Shown here: piece by piece, positions 1 through 12,620 of the stretch | How the letters are laid out: every line of letters starts with the position of its first letter | How positions within the stretch are numbered: position 1 is the stretch's first letter | Assembly: GCF_006345805.1 (NCBI RefSeq) | Contig: NC_043005.1 | Span: 107,632,001 to 107,696,000 of the forward strand | Origin: Octopus sinensis | Taxonomy: Eukaryota | Direction: 5' to 3' | Length of the DNA stretch: 64,000 bases | Notes under the pieces: generated by a model | What the model was told of the DNA's origin: nothing | Seen by the model: only the letters and a program-made list of their open reading frames with translations | The model's database searches: none | Program-made: the position numbers and the translations under genes

Positions 1-34
1 TGTGTTTATACACACACATATACAGCATGAAGAT

Positions 35-73
<39 letters not shown>

Positions 74-108
74 CTGTGTGTATGTATATATATATATCAG
101 TGTGTATG

Positions 109-160
<52 letters not shown>

Positions 161-628
161 CGTATATACATATATATGTATAGTCATTTTTATACACGTA
201 TCTTTTAATGTACTACTTGAGAAACTGATACATATGCATAGTCACAGACATTCTTGTATACATAGGTATGTGTTCAAAGAGACACTTAGATACACATACA
301 CATGTGAATACACACATGCAAGACATTTCGATGACTTAAGTAGCCTCATTTCATACTTCCGCTTAATTTTATTCACATGCACATATTTATGAAGACTAAG
401 AAAATAAAAAGAAAAGTTTCCTAAAATTTCCTAATTCGTTGAAATGAATGTTGTAAAAAATTAGACAAAAATAGAAAAAAAAATTCAAAATACATTAATA
501 GCAAAAAAAAATAAATAAAAAGGATGAATAAATATGTTAGAATAAAACAATGAAATACCACGATTTAAGCATGAATGAAAGAAAGTAAAATGAAGAAATT
601 AATGATTGAAAGGTATATGAAAGAGTCG

Positions 629-900
629 CTATTGGGGAAAAAGAATATTTGATTGGGTTAAGTGGAGGACGTGGCAGTGATTTGAGTAAACCTGAAGAAT
701 TCTATATACCTGCACAACTACGTTATGTTTGTATGCCACTTCATAAAAAGAATCAGAAGAGATCAGAACGAGTTTTAATTGCTTGAGAATCTTAGAGAGC
801 AATGGTAACAGATTAATATCTAAATCATTTTTGTTTTTCATGCGAAATCAGAGAATACTAAATTTATCCGTAATAGGCAGCATTTTACAAGGAATTTCAT
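629..900 (-). mobile_element. possible degenerate non-LTR RT fragment (Jockey/CR1-like)
   Basis: INLLPLLSKILKQL...KHNVVVQVYRIL resembles RT 'ISLLPILSKLFE...HSTIEQVHRI'; no further motifs found. Confidence 0.3.
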
Positions 901-1370
901 GAGCTAAATGAAAGTTTAGTGGGCAACTTCTACCACAGATTGTCAAAACTCCGGTTTTTATATATTGAAAATTATATAGAAACATTGTATTCACATTTAA
1001 ATAAATTTAAAGTATTCATGTTCTTATAAAATCGTTTTATATTTTTAAAATAACTTTAAAATAAGTTTTATTTAATCTTTTTATTCAGTAGATTGAAATG
1101 AAAAGAACCGTTTAGTGAAGTAAATATTTAAATCGTATAAGGTTGAGCATTTAGTCCGTACAATTCCATGTGACAACTTCGTATGAACATATACGGTCAT
1201 GAAACATATTTTAGGTATTGCTTAAAATTTAAAACATAGCCTCAATATATTTTATATCAAAATAATCCATAAGGAAACAAGAAGAGTTTATAAAATTCTT
1301 TTACATGATTTTCTGTTTGAAATTAGACTCAGAAATAAAAGGTAGTGTTGTTACTCTTAGTGTTACCATC

Positions 1371-1663
1371 TGTGAACTTTAGGCTCAACATTAGCTTCTT
1401 CGAGAAAAGATGGTCCTAATAGATCCTTTTCCTAATTTTCTTTACTTCAAAATATAAGAAAGAGTTTTTAATTTCTGTTAAATTTCTTTGCAGTAAATAA
1501 ATACGCATTCATTTTTGTGAACTTTAGGCTCAACATTTGCTTCTTCGAGAAAAGATGGTCCCAATAAATAATTTTCCTAATTTTCTTTACTTCAAAATAT
1601 AAGAAGCAGTTTTTAATTTCTGTTAAATAATTTTCTTTGCCGTAAATACGTATTCAATTTTGT
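1371..1663. repeat. tandem duplication, ~145-bp unit x2
   Basis: TGTGAACTTTAGGCTCAACATT...CTTCTTCGAGAAAAGATGGTCC starts at both 1371 and 1516. Confidence 0.9.
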
Positions 1664-2199
1664 ATCAGATGTAACGAACTGCTAAATTCTGTATTCTTCG
1701 CTCTTTATTTTTATTAAAAATACATGTTTTCATTTTGTAGTCAATGAAATTTCCAATTTTTCTTATGTAACTCCAAAAAGTGATTGCACTAAAGGCAATT
1801 TTAGCATGAAAGTATTGCCATACTCCGCAGAAGAATATAAAAAAACGGCCTTTGTATTTTCTATTAATTCCCTTCGTCACTGACAAATTAAGAAATTACA
1901 ACAATGCCGCTGATATTGTTTCTCTACATCGTCACTCCACAGCATAGCATAACATACCCCAAGAGTGAAAACGTAAATAAGTTTTACAGAACTGATATAA
2001 ACAACAACAAATTCAAGATTTATTTTATAATAGTGAGCTTGAGATAGTGAACAGATAAAGAAATAGGCTACCACTGAGCTCTGACAAGCTTGTTCAGCTG
2101 AAAGAATATTTACATCATAGACATCCATACCATCAGCAACTTTAAATTTGTTATTGAGCTGATCGGAGACGAAGTTAGAAGAAGAAACCCGGTGGACTT

Positions 2200-3280
2200 A
2201 AGCAGGAATTGTACTTGCATACAAGGGAGATACATCGAGTTTAGCAAACCCTTGAATTTCAGATTCAAAAGAATTTTCTTTCTTATGGTACTTATTGCAA
2301 TTTGAGCTAAATTTCAATAGAATTCTGAACTCGAGAAGACACTACAAGCATAATGCATTTCGTTGTGATAGAAAAGATTAAAGGAATATATGTATCAACA
2401 AATCAAAACTCGTGGGTGCAATGGATGAGGGTGCTGAAATGAATGCAGGTATTAGTCACAAACTATTAGTCTATGCAAATGTATTTTAGTGTTTATGATA
2501 CTATCGATTGCCGGTCGGTTTTCGTTACTTCTATAACAAATCCAATTTGGAAGTAAAAATTAGTGTTTTCTTTTCCCAAGGAAAAAACCAAATGATCGAC
2601 CAGATTTAACAATAAGATTGTTTCATCAAAAGCTGAACAGCTTCTTCACGTTTTCCTCAACTATGAAACATGGGCATATGTGCGAAAAAGGACCAGAAAA
2701 AACTAATACTACATGCTCATATCCTTGTAATCTTTGCATAAGCTAAAACCCTGATAATCAGCTGAAATCGACTGGTTTGTTTGAGATGAAATTCCATAGC
2801 AAGGAAGGAATCATTTACTGTTGTATGTAGTTAAACAAATCATGGTTCATGGGTTTACTGAATTTATCAATCTCTTTTCTTCCAGTGAAGGAAAATATAG
2901 TAAATGAAAAAGTATCTCGGAAACAATTTTCGCAACCGTTATCCCTAAAATTTGCGATCCATTTTGCAGATACAGTTCTTAAAAATATGCTACTATTCCA
3001 TATATTTTCCAAATCTGCAAACATACAATCTACACTGCTTATTAAGTATGATGGGTATGAATGAAGAATTAATGGTGAACTTGTGGACAGAAGTGAACTA
3101 AATGAACAAGCATCTGTTGAACTTATTGTTGTTGCTCCAGTGCTGAATAACATTATGTACTTAAACCTTGTTTGTTATAAATACTTCAACTCTGACAATA
3201 TGGGAATATCCAAAACTGGAAATGAGAGTGTGAGTGATTGGATGGCCTGGATACTCGTTAGTCAAAGTTTTATTTCGTAG
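2200..3280 (+). pseudogene. degenerate LRR-coding remnant (Toll-like/LRR receptor-like)
   Basis: KEFSFLWYLLQFELNFNRIL at 2268. Frame 2831-3280 has one internal TGA and contains LNKSWFMGLLNLSISFL, KQFSQPLSLKF, HIFSKSANIQSTLL and VLNNIMYLNL. Confidence 0.5.
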
Positions 3281-4000
3281 AATGTTGTTTAATCATAAAC
3301 CAAGAAACATTACTTTTGTCAATTACAGAACAGGAATTATCGGTTTAACAACTGTACCTGCCTCTCTAAAAGACGCCAAAGGAATGCGACTTCTGAAAAG
3401 GTAGTTTATCAGGCCTTTGCAATGAGGTTTATAAATATATATATCAGACCATGTCATGTCATTGTAGGTCTCAGGAACAGTCACTCCACTACGTGAAGTG
3501 AACACAAGAAGTATCATGATAAACTATAAAGATGACAAACCACATTCACAACGAAGTACTTTGAGAAGTTTCAGTAGATACGGAAGGTTAAAAATTTTAT
3601 TCTGTAGTCTGACTTTACAGCAAACAGATGGACAGCACAACAAAAAAATATTAAGAGGAATTGTATACGACACTGATATGCTAAATATGTATACTCACAC
3701 TCTCCCCCCACATTATATATACAAATAAATATATACATATATATATATTTCTACGTATGTATAAATGTGTATATATATATATATATATATATAACTTGTG
3801 GTTGATTTCAGTGTTGCTTCGTAAGCAGCATTTGTGTTAACGCGTGGAGAATAAGTTATGTATTTCCTCAGCTTCTTATCACATATCCAACTTCCCAAAG
3901 ATACTAAAACAATAATTCATCCTGAATTCTCTTTTTTACCTTTTTAATCTTTCAATTCATTTATTTATGCTTTCGCCAATACCCCCTATATATATATATA

Positions 4001-4061
<61 letters not shown>

Positions 4062-4062
4062 T

Positions 4063-4137
<75 letters not shown>

Positions 4138-4585
4138 ATATATATGTATATATATATATATACATACATATATATATGTATGTATGTACTTGTATGATCT
4201 GTTGATCTTTTATAATTTTCTTTGTATATTTTCCCTTCCATTTTTTATATATTTCTTCTTTCCTTATTCTGCAGCCTTTCTTTAACATTTATGGGAATAT
4301 ATTCGTTTATTTTATTTCTTTTTTTATTTATTTATCCTTTTTCTGCTATTAAGATACTGTTAAGCATTACTGTTATTCCCTTCTGTTATATTTCTTCGTG
4401 ATTGTTGTTGTTGTTGTTGTAGGGGCTCATAGTTGCAGTAGGTTTAATAATGCTCTTGGTGCTGGTTTAGTTGTAGTGGTGGCATTGGGGTGGTACTGTC
4501 ATCTTTCAGCTATATTTCTATATATACTCATGGTTATATGTCTTATTCTCGCATAAGAATATTTTCATATATATATATTTATTTA

Positions 4586-4627
<42 letters not shown>

Positions 4628-4702
4628 GCGAGGTAGTAGACAAACGAAAGAAAGGCACTCAAGACACTTATTAGTAGTTGCATGTATAGATCAAACTGTT
4701 TG

Positions 4703-4768
4703 ATTCAGATTCCTTGGTACTCTGAGTTTCAAGCGAGTGGCTATTCTTCAGTTATTGGGGATCTGAAT
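4703..4768 (-). ncRNA. degenerate type I hammerhead ribozyme-like motif
   Basis: CUGAAGA-AUAGCCACUCGCUU-GAAA-CUCAGA-GUA; distal stem I AUUCAGAU/AUCUGAAU; proximal stem I unpaired. Confidence 0.5.
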
Positions 4769-4799
4769 GAGAGTTCCATTGAAGAGGTATATACACACA

Positions 4800-5060
4800 T
4801 CCGCACGCACGACCCGCACACACGAAGGTACACATGCACACGCACACACATGCGCGCACATATATACACGCACACACACATACGTGCGTGCACACCTTTA
4901 TCTCCATGTACACATGCACACACACACACGCGCACACACATGCGGGCACATATATACATGCACACACATACGTACGTGCACACCTTTATCTCCATGTACA
5001 TATGCATACACACACATGCACACGCGCACATGCACACGCGCGCAAACACAAATGTGCACA
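4800..5060. repeat. compound (CA)/(CACG)-rich tandem repeat, ~88-bp period
   Basis: CACCTTTATCTCCATGTACA at 4893 and 4981, embedded in CA-rich runs. Confidence 0.8.
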
Positions 5061-5899
5061 TGTAAATACATGACAATCACCGGTACATATACATAATGGC
5101 GCGCCCACGCTCACACATATCCGTGCGCATGCGTACATTAAGAAGAGGCATATGTGTACAGGTGCGCACATATACTCGTGTGGTCATGCAAAAGGCGCCA
5201 GTGGCTTGAAACTTATGAGAAGGGTGTTCCTCTGCTAACGACAATACTATACCTCATATTCTTATAATGAATATACAACTTTTCGCGGAGGCACAACTGG
5301 CAATTCGGGACGCTGGGTGAATATGGCTGTGCCCTATCGATAATAGTTTACATGATCATTGTGGTTTTTGTCTTTAGAGAAAGCGCAATATGGAAGCGGG
5401 GTTTTCTCTGTGGGAATATCTTCCCTTGAAATCATTTGCCGTCATGCTCGCATAGTGCCTAGTAATGCCATCGGATGTTGTAAGGGTGGCTCTCTATACT
5501 ATCGCCCCTCAGAGGCAGGATCCTCCTATAGTGTAGGTGGTAGGGTTTCAACAGTTGCAGGTTGGGGTTGGGGTTGGGGATTGTGTGGGTGTATTTTTAC
5601 GTCTGTTGATGCACGCGGTGTTGTCTAGGCAGGACTAGCTTACCTTGACATTATGGGGGTTGTTGGTTTTGTAATACAGTCTCTTGGGAAATGTTTTCTT
5701 ATTAACGACAGGAGGCCTCTGGCTACGTTGGTAGAACCTTATAGGTTAAATGGGTGTTAACCAGAAAATATTCCTTTTACTAAATCTCTTGGGGTGAGGA
5801 GAGGGGTATCGGAGTTCGCCTACATCCGTGAGTTCCTAAAAAATCCGCTCCTTACCAAAGCATCATTGTAGAGAGGGTAGTCCTATTAAACTGTTCTAC

Positions 5900-6720
5900 C
5901 ACTACATCTGCTGATAAATTTGGCTTTACATCCCGAAAGTACCCCCACTCACGTATCAAAGACCTTGAGGACTTCGAGACTGACTTACGGAACTTTGAGA
6001 AGAAGGTAAGGTTTCGGAATTATACTAACCCTTTCCTTAAATCCTTAAATGACTATATGACCAGTAATAAACAATGTCCCAATTTACACATCTTTGTAGA
6101 CAAAAGAGAAAATATTTATGAAACAAGCATTTCTACACATTCATGACTCCTCACAAACGCTATCACCAAATCATACATAAAATCCAGTAATTCCAGATAC
6201 AGCAACATACACACCAACGCATAGGAGGTAGCTACCCGCTTTAAGATAGGCAATCGTGGGGAAACGCTTCACCACGCACCCCCTTCTTATTACAATTAAA
6301 AAGCATAAGCCTAATTTCCATTCCAACCCCAAATCCAAGTTGATCAATCCCTTCAAAAGTGAGATATGTATTATTATCAAGCGTATTCGCAATACTATCA
6401 ACTCAGATATCAGAAGGGCTACAAGGATGACCCAAAGGAACTCCAGTACAGCTGTGAGGGACTGGTTCCGTGATATCGAGGAAAGATCAGTCTGCGAATT
6501 CACCCAGTTTCACATTGTTGACTTCTACCCTTTCATATCTAAGCCCCCTCCACCTGAAGGCTCTGGCTTTTGCTGGACAGTTTACCAGCATGAGTGATAT
6601 CAGAATCATCATGAATACCAGAAAGTCAATTCTAGTCCATGATGACTCCTTCTGAGTGAAGAAAGAAGATGATTCATTGTTTGATGTCTCTATAGGGAAA
6701 TTTGATGGAGCTGAAATCTA
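5900..6720 (+). mobile_element. Penelope-like RT N-terminal half (Naiad/Chlamys-like), inverted relative to the 3' part
   Basis: DKFGFTSRKYP...DLEDFETDL...VDKRENIYE; ITIKKHKPNFHSNPKSKLINPFKSEI...DWF...QFHIVDFYPFIS; *VKKEDDSLFDVSIGKFDGAEI (cf. FDVTMGSYDGAE). Confidence 0.9.
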
Positions 6721-6959
6721 TTTAGAGACCGAGAGGAAATCTTGCGGAACAGACCTTCGTTTAATGAGACCCATCTTGTAATTACCTAAAGAGACACATC
6801 TACACCGGCAGATACTCTTAATCTAGTTGTTCAACGCCCTACTCGTGAGAGACCGATGCTACACGGGTTTAAACAATTGTAGCGATCAATAAGTATCCTC
6901 GTATCTTCCATCTGTGTCTTTCTCATTAAGGATATATATATATATATATATATGTAGTT

Positions 6960-7810
6960 GTAGGTACGTACATATATGTATGTATATATGCATGTTTTAT
7001 TTATTAATTTGTTATTATATGACGGAACGCACGCATCCATTTCTAAGTAAGTTTTATCTTAATATTAATAATGATGCGCACTCTAAACCTTTCTCTCCGT
7101 CTCTCTCTCATTCTTCATTCTTTCTGGTTTTCTCTACAACCATTCCCTTTTTTCTCTCCCTTTCTCTTACTCCTCCTCCTCCCTCCCGTTGTTGACCCGC
7201 GACGAGGCTACTACTGTCTTTCTGACCTGGCTTCCTTCAAGTGTGGACGACTTTCCTGTCTCTCTCTTGCCGTCCTCAAACAGTGTTCAAAATATTTTTT
7301 CTTTCGTTCTGGCTTAACAGCTCTCGATGTTTGTGTTACTGTTATTCCCCTTGTCCAGTCTTTTACTGTTTGTATTTTGTACTGTCTTTACTGTCCTGTT
7401 TTTATTACCATTTTTACCCCTCCGCAAAAAAATCTCAAATTTTATTTAATTTGCTTTTTGCCGGAACGGCTGTTTTTGCCGGAAGTCGTGTCTCGCCTTT
7501 ACCCTCGAAACGCGGTGTAGATGAAACAGAGGCGGCTGAAGAAGGGGAATTTTCCTTGTGTCGTATGTCTTGTACTCTATTTTTTCGTTGTTTAAGAAAA
7601 ATGCCCATTTCCTTGGTTTTGTGTTTATGTTTTCGTTTCTCATTGTGTTCGACGTTTCTTTGGTGCTATGTACCCATATATGCATGTATATATACATGTA
7701 AATGTAGGTACGTACATATATGTATGTATATATGCATATGTTTTATTTATTAATTTGTTATTATGTGACGGAACGCACGCATCCATTTCTAAGTAAGTTT
7801 TATCTTAATA
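6960..7810 (+). mobile_element. PLE pLTR-like fragment bounded by ~110-bp direct repeats
   Basis: 6960-7073 repeats at 7704-7810; interior is homologous to 23330-23760 (minus) and contains CTGAAGAAGGGG and CGAAACGCG motifs. Confidence 0.7.
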
Positions 7811-7849
7811 TATATATGTATGTATGTATATATGTATAAGTGTGTGTGT

Positions 7850-8100
7850 ATGTATATATTTGTATGTGTAAAATAACATAGATGTACTTGCATAGCAAGT
7901 GACCTGATCTGAGATCGTGTGTTGGAACGAAAACAATTGCAGCGTGGAGGTGTTTATAAGCCATTTAAGAAACACACAAAAACCGTTAGATTCACATCAA
8001 CATTTAAATTCAATTTGTCAAAATATTTTCGTCGCTTTGAGACCGCGACCTCTTCACTGACAAAACTCCGTGCTGCACGGTACTTCATTTTCTATTGCTC
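7850..8100 (-). mobile_element. PLE pLTR-like interspersed repeat fragment
   Basis: Minus strand GTGAAGAGGTCGCGGTCTCAAAGCG is a degenerate hammerhead-like core. Confidence 0.4.
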
Positions 8101-9194
8101 TTGACTACATAGGTGAAATGATGTTACATGTGTCGTGATTACTTTATTTTCAAGAGGTAAATGGTATGCTGTGTTTTTACCACAAGTCATGCTTCGTACA
8201 GTTTCTTATTTCAAGCAGCTGTATAAGATAAGCAAACGTTTTGGGCTTATTTAATAATTTCATTCACCGATCCATTGTCAATTAGCTTTTATTGGTCGTT
8301 TACTTTGGGATGTTAAGTGTTTGAATTTGAGGAGAAATTTATCACTACTATCCTATTGGATATGCAGAATATATGTTGTAGTTACTAATGTTATCATGCT
8401 GCAATCCTACTTTACGGTACGACATTGTAATCGAGGACCATTCAGTCTGTATGAAATAAGGACTAATATCTCAACAAGAATATATTTTGGTATCCGCACG
8501 GAGGATGATTTCCTTACATTAATTATTAATACATACTAATTGCATAATAATGTTTCTTTCTTTTTCTATTTCTTTTCTGCTGACCTCTCTTGTAATGCAT
8601 TACAGAGACAGAAAAAAGTTCGCGTCCCCGTTCTGGGGTTTCGGGATTAACGTCACTGAGTGGTAACTTCCATGAGAAAAGCACTGTGAGTGAGAACGCG
8701 AAGAGGAAAAGTGTAAAAACTTCATCGGATAGATTGTGCCTGCAATTCAGATGTCTACACATGCTCGAACGCTGGTTTTCACTGCGGATCACGTTCAATA
8801 TACACATGACTAGGAAACATCGAAGCACTGAAGGCCCATCGTTGTAGCCAACGAAATAGCCATCACTGTATGCCAATATCTTCTCTCTAATGCCAAATAA
8901 GAAGTTTTGCACAAACACTCAATACACGAATTAAATTAATATATTTCCCACAAATGCATAAAGAATTACCTGTTTACATCTCAGCTAATACGTACCATAT
9001 AGAGCTTACTAGGTTTATATCTTACGCATTACATCTCATTTTGAGAATCCTGACTTGCACTAATAAAATGTATTGTGTATATACATATATAGAACAGCAG
9101 ATACAATATCCCTGCGTATCTAACGTCTATTTTCATTCCTCCACTTCACTCTCTATTTCATATCTTATTTACAATAACTATTTCTTAACCATTT

Positions 9195-9260
9195 TCTCAC
9201 ACCCTCTCCGATGAAGGGATATATAAAATTATCCCGGAAACAGCTGTAAAACCTCTTTAT
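9195..9260 (+). ncRNA. minimal hammerhead-like motif of a PLE pLTR (U4C core variant)
   Basis: CCGAUGA-A-GGGAU(10 nt)AUCCC-G-GAAA-CAGCUG-UA; palindromic stem III; stem I poorly paired. Confidence 0.55.
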
Positions 9261-9389
9261 AAATGTTCTGAAATCTTTCACAGCCTTGGAATTTTATCTC
9301 ATACTGTTAAATTTACGCACACACACACACACACACACATATGTATATATCTCTGTGTGTGTATAAATATATATGCACATATACATACT

Positions 9390-9428
9390 TATAGACAGAT
9401 AGATAGTTAGATAGATAGATATAAAGAC

Positions 9429-9505
<77 letters not shown>
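9390..9505. repeat. (GATA)n microsatellite
   Basis: direct reading. Confidence 0.95.
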
Positions 9506-10258
9506 TTCTTTCTGTCTATCTTGTTTAAGTCACAAGGAACAAACCAACCTGAAACTATGAACACAAGATGCTACCCAGTAAAATCGAACTCGGGATTTTG
9601 TGTTTGCGAAACGAAGTTTTTACGTATTCTTCCTTATTGAGCTGTAATCTGCCTTTGGAATTACCTGTACATTCCGCTGCGTCAGGTGGGTTTCGCTTAC
9701 AATTCCATTCGTACAATTTTATCCCAGATTGTGCCACGTTCAGAATTACATTTTGAGCACAAGTCTTTAATGGAAACTCGGTAAAACCTTAACAGCAAAT
9801 GTGGTTGGTGAAACAACTGAAACTTCATCATCGAAACCGTAGGAAAATCATCAATCCATAGAGGCATATATATACATACATAGATGCTTACATACATACA
9901 TACATACATGCATACATACACACACATGCAACAGGAACACGCACACAAACACATACACACATATATTTAGAGCCACATACACTTCCTACATGTTCAATGC
10001 ACGCACATGCACACGCACGCACTCACACACACACACATATGCATACCTACATACATTCATATTTATGTCGTATAGAAATCTATCCAGAATTATTTGACTA
10101 TAGGTTTGTGCGCGCCTGTTTATATATGTCTCTGTGAATGAGTGTGTGTGTATATGTATGTACGTATGTATGTATTTAACCATATACACAGAGAAATCGA
10201 AAGAGACTGGCTTATGTATTGCATCAGATTTTTTCCCTTTCGAGCGGAATTTGTCTAG

Positions 10259-10320
<62 letters not shown>
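10259..10320. repeat. (TTA)n microsatellite
   Basis: direct reading. Confidence 0.95.
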
Positions 10321-10321
<1 letters not shown>

Positions 10322-10379
10322 TTTTAGTAAAATGTTATCTTCATGACTTTTATTATACAAACTCATAATTTATATTAAA

Positions 10380-12100
10380 TATAGAATTATCTCTGGACGC
10401 CTATAGCGACATTAACACTATCAACACTCTGAAACAAAAACAAACAAAAGAAAGCATATATTCATTTAATATTGAACTCTATAGAAAAGTATTTATAAAT
10501 TGTACTTTAATATACTATCAGTAAAGAAATCATAGACATTTTCCCCGTTATGTTTATTATTTGGTATTGCTATTGATGTGAAGCTTTTATTCCGTTATTT
10601 ATGACTTTTTTTCCTTTTTTTAAGCAAACTGAAACTTGGTAATAACGAACATCTGTTATGCAAACTCATAAGACAGGTTAGCAAGCTGTCTGGATCCACG
10701 CTCTATAGATATTCCAAATGTTATTTGATGGGTTATATATGATTAAAACCATGATATAACCGACATATATTAATTTTAATCTTGACCATTTTAAAATTAA
10801 AACCAAAAACTATTGTCAAATTTACCAAATATTTTCTTGAAACTACTACCTTGTATATCATTTTACGAATAAAAAAATTATGAATGCGATTAATTTCTCT
10901 CAGTTGTAGTAGTTAAAATTTGAAGTGCATGGAGTTTTCCCGATAGTCTTTATTTTGACGCCATGCCTTCTTCCCACATCGTTGTTGTACCCCCTAATCT
11001 TCGCCATAAATGAAATATGAGATTCTCATAAATAAAAATGTCAGTAGCACTCAAACGATTAAACTTCTGACTAGCCGTGACTCTGGTCTTCCATATTTCT
11101 TATTTTTTATTTTGCTTCTCTGTTAGTAAAAGCAGAACAAATATTTTAACAACCTGATGAATCCTCAAATTTTCTTTTCAAATGATGTGGTATGAAATTT
11201 AGTGGAGACTACCCGTTCACAAAATACATGGAGAGTCAGTTGACGGTTTTTAGGGATGACTGCAAGCAATATTTTAATAAAATCGTCGTCCTCTGCTCAT
11301 ATATAGAATCATCTTTGCTGGCTTTTATCTTTTATTTGAGATGCTGGTAACAATCATTTTATTTCACGTGAGACAAACAATCCTCCCCAAACTACTGTAC
11401 CTAAGTTAGAAAACTTAGCTACAGTTTATGCCTTTTACGTAATATGTTTTACCAAATTACAAACACGTTGCCCTCCCAAAGCCCTCATTTTTCAACTTAT
11501 AATTAATCATACATTCACTGTAGAACTTATATGAATAAGTGACATGTTCCTTTGTAGCTATTATTAGACTAGAAGTCAAGTTAACGTATACATAGACCTG
11601 TTGTTTTGATCACCCTGCACCGGGAGCGTGAAGTGTTGTTTTAAATTTTCATAATTTTTAAAGAACGTAGCTGGACTGTAATTTACACGCTTCAATACAT
11701 TTTTTTACAATTGTGCTGAATATCTTAACTTCTATACTAACGATTGAAAGCACCGCTGAGTTTTGAACTCCAGACAATTTCATGTTAACGTGCATAGGAA
11801 GAATCGTCTATATAGAAATTCGACTCCAATGATATAGCCGCCAAATCTCCCACAACGCAAAATCAATCTAATGTGTCAAGGATACATTAATTAAAATAAA
11901 CTTACATGAAACTTGAAGCCAGAAAAGTTGAAATATTTTAACGATATTTCAGTTTCATGTGATTAGGCCTCGGACTGAAGAACGACAACAAAAATCTCTT
12001 CATGGCTCTAATGAGTGTCACAAAGATCTATGTTGTAGATAGCTAATGAAGCTAAAACGAAGGTTGTCTGGAATCATAGGATATCTCTAAAAACAGACAG
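10380..12100 (+). pseudogene. degenerate LRR-coding remnant
   Basis: LSKLKLGNNEHL (10620), MLFDGLYMIKTMI (10718), RIIFAGFYLLFEM, TILPKLLYLS and PEKLKYLTIF, in mixed frames with stops. Confidence 0.35.
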
Positions 12101-12289
12101 CAATGCATGCAGAAATCAATTATTAGAAAAAAGTGCATGAAATTGGTATTTCAATTTTTAACCCCAAGCCCTATATTTTAACCACAAATACAATAACGTT
12201 ACATGTCTACATCTATTCCAATATATCTATTGTTACTCTTCTAATGCATCGTTTGCATCACACATATATGTAAGTCTGCGTGTGTTCGT

Positions 12290-12427
12290 GTCCGATTTCA
12301 TATACATATACATACAAACACACACACATATATATATATGTATATATATACATATATATATATACATATACATATATACATATATATATATACATATATA
12401 CATATATATATATATACATATATATAC

Positions 12428-12466
<39 letters not shown>

Positions 12467-12620
12467 TGTATATGTACATATATATGTGTGTCTGTATGTA
12501 TATACATACGTATGTGTGTATGCATATTTATATTTGTATATATATATGTCCACTATATTTACACATACAAACATGCACACATGCATACATACATGCATAC
12601 ATACATATATAGGTTCGTAC
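12290..12620. repeat. (TA)/(TACA)n compound microsatellite
   Basis: direct reading; the YI-rich ORFs here are artefacts. Confidence 0.95.

Larger units (their letters stand above)
4625..5830 (-). mobile_element. Penelope-like element 3' part (thumb, GIY-YIG endonuclease, 3' UTR/pLTR), Naiad/Chlamys-like, degenerate
   Basis: Minus-strand peptides RNIFWLTP, KTFPKRLYYKTNNPHNVKVS*SCLDN, GSCL*GAIV*RATLTTSDGITRHYASMTANDFKGRY and CQLCLRE; hammerhead-like motif at 4703-4768. Confidence 0.8.

Noticed and set aside
2-392. YI/CV/HT-rich ORFs here and throughout the ORF track
   Set aside because: Translations of (TA)n, (CA)n, (ATGT)n and (GATA)n microsatellites, open in several frames on both strands.
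610-790. + strand frame KVYERVAIGEKEYLIGLSGGRG...MPLHKK as an exon
   Set aside because: No recognisable family or convincing splice sites; it overlaps a minus-strand RT-like reading.
1877-2340. minus-strand frame with one internal stop (ORF 1877-2128)
   Set aside because: No recognisable motif; probably the antisense shadow of the + strand relic.
5559-5580. GGTTGGGGTTGGGGTTGGGG as a telomere-like or G4 seed
   Set aside because: Only three full G4 runs; it encodes a Pro/Gln linker in the PLE ORF on the minus strand.
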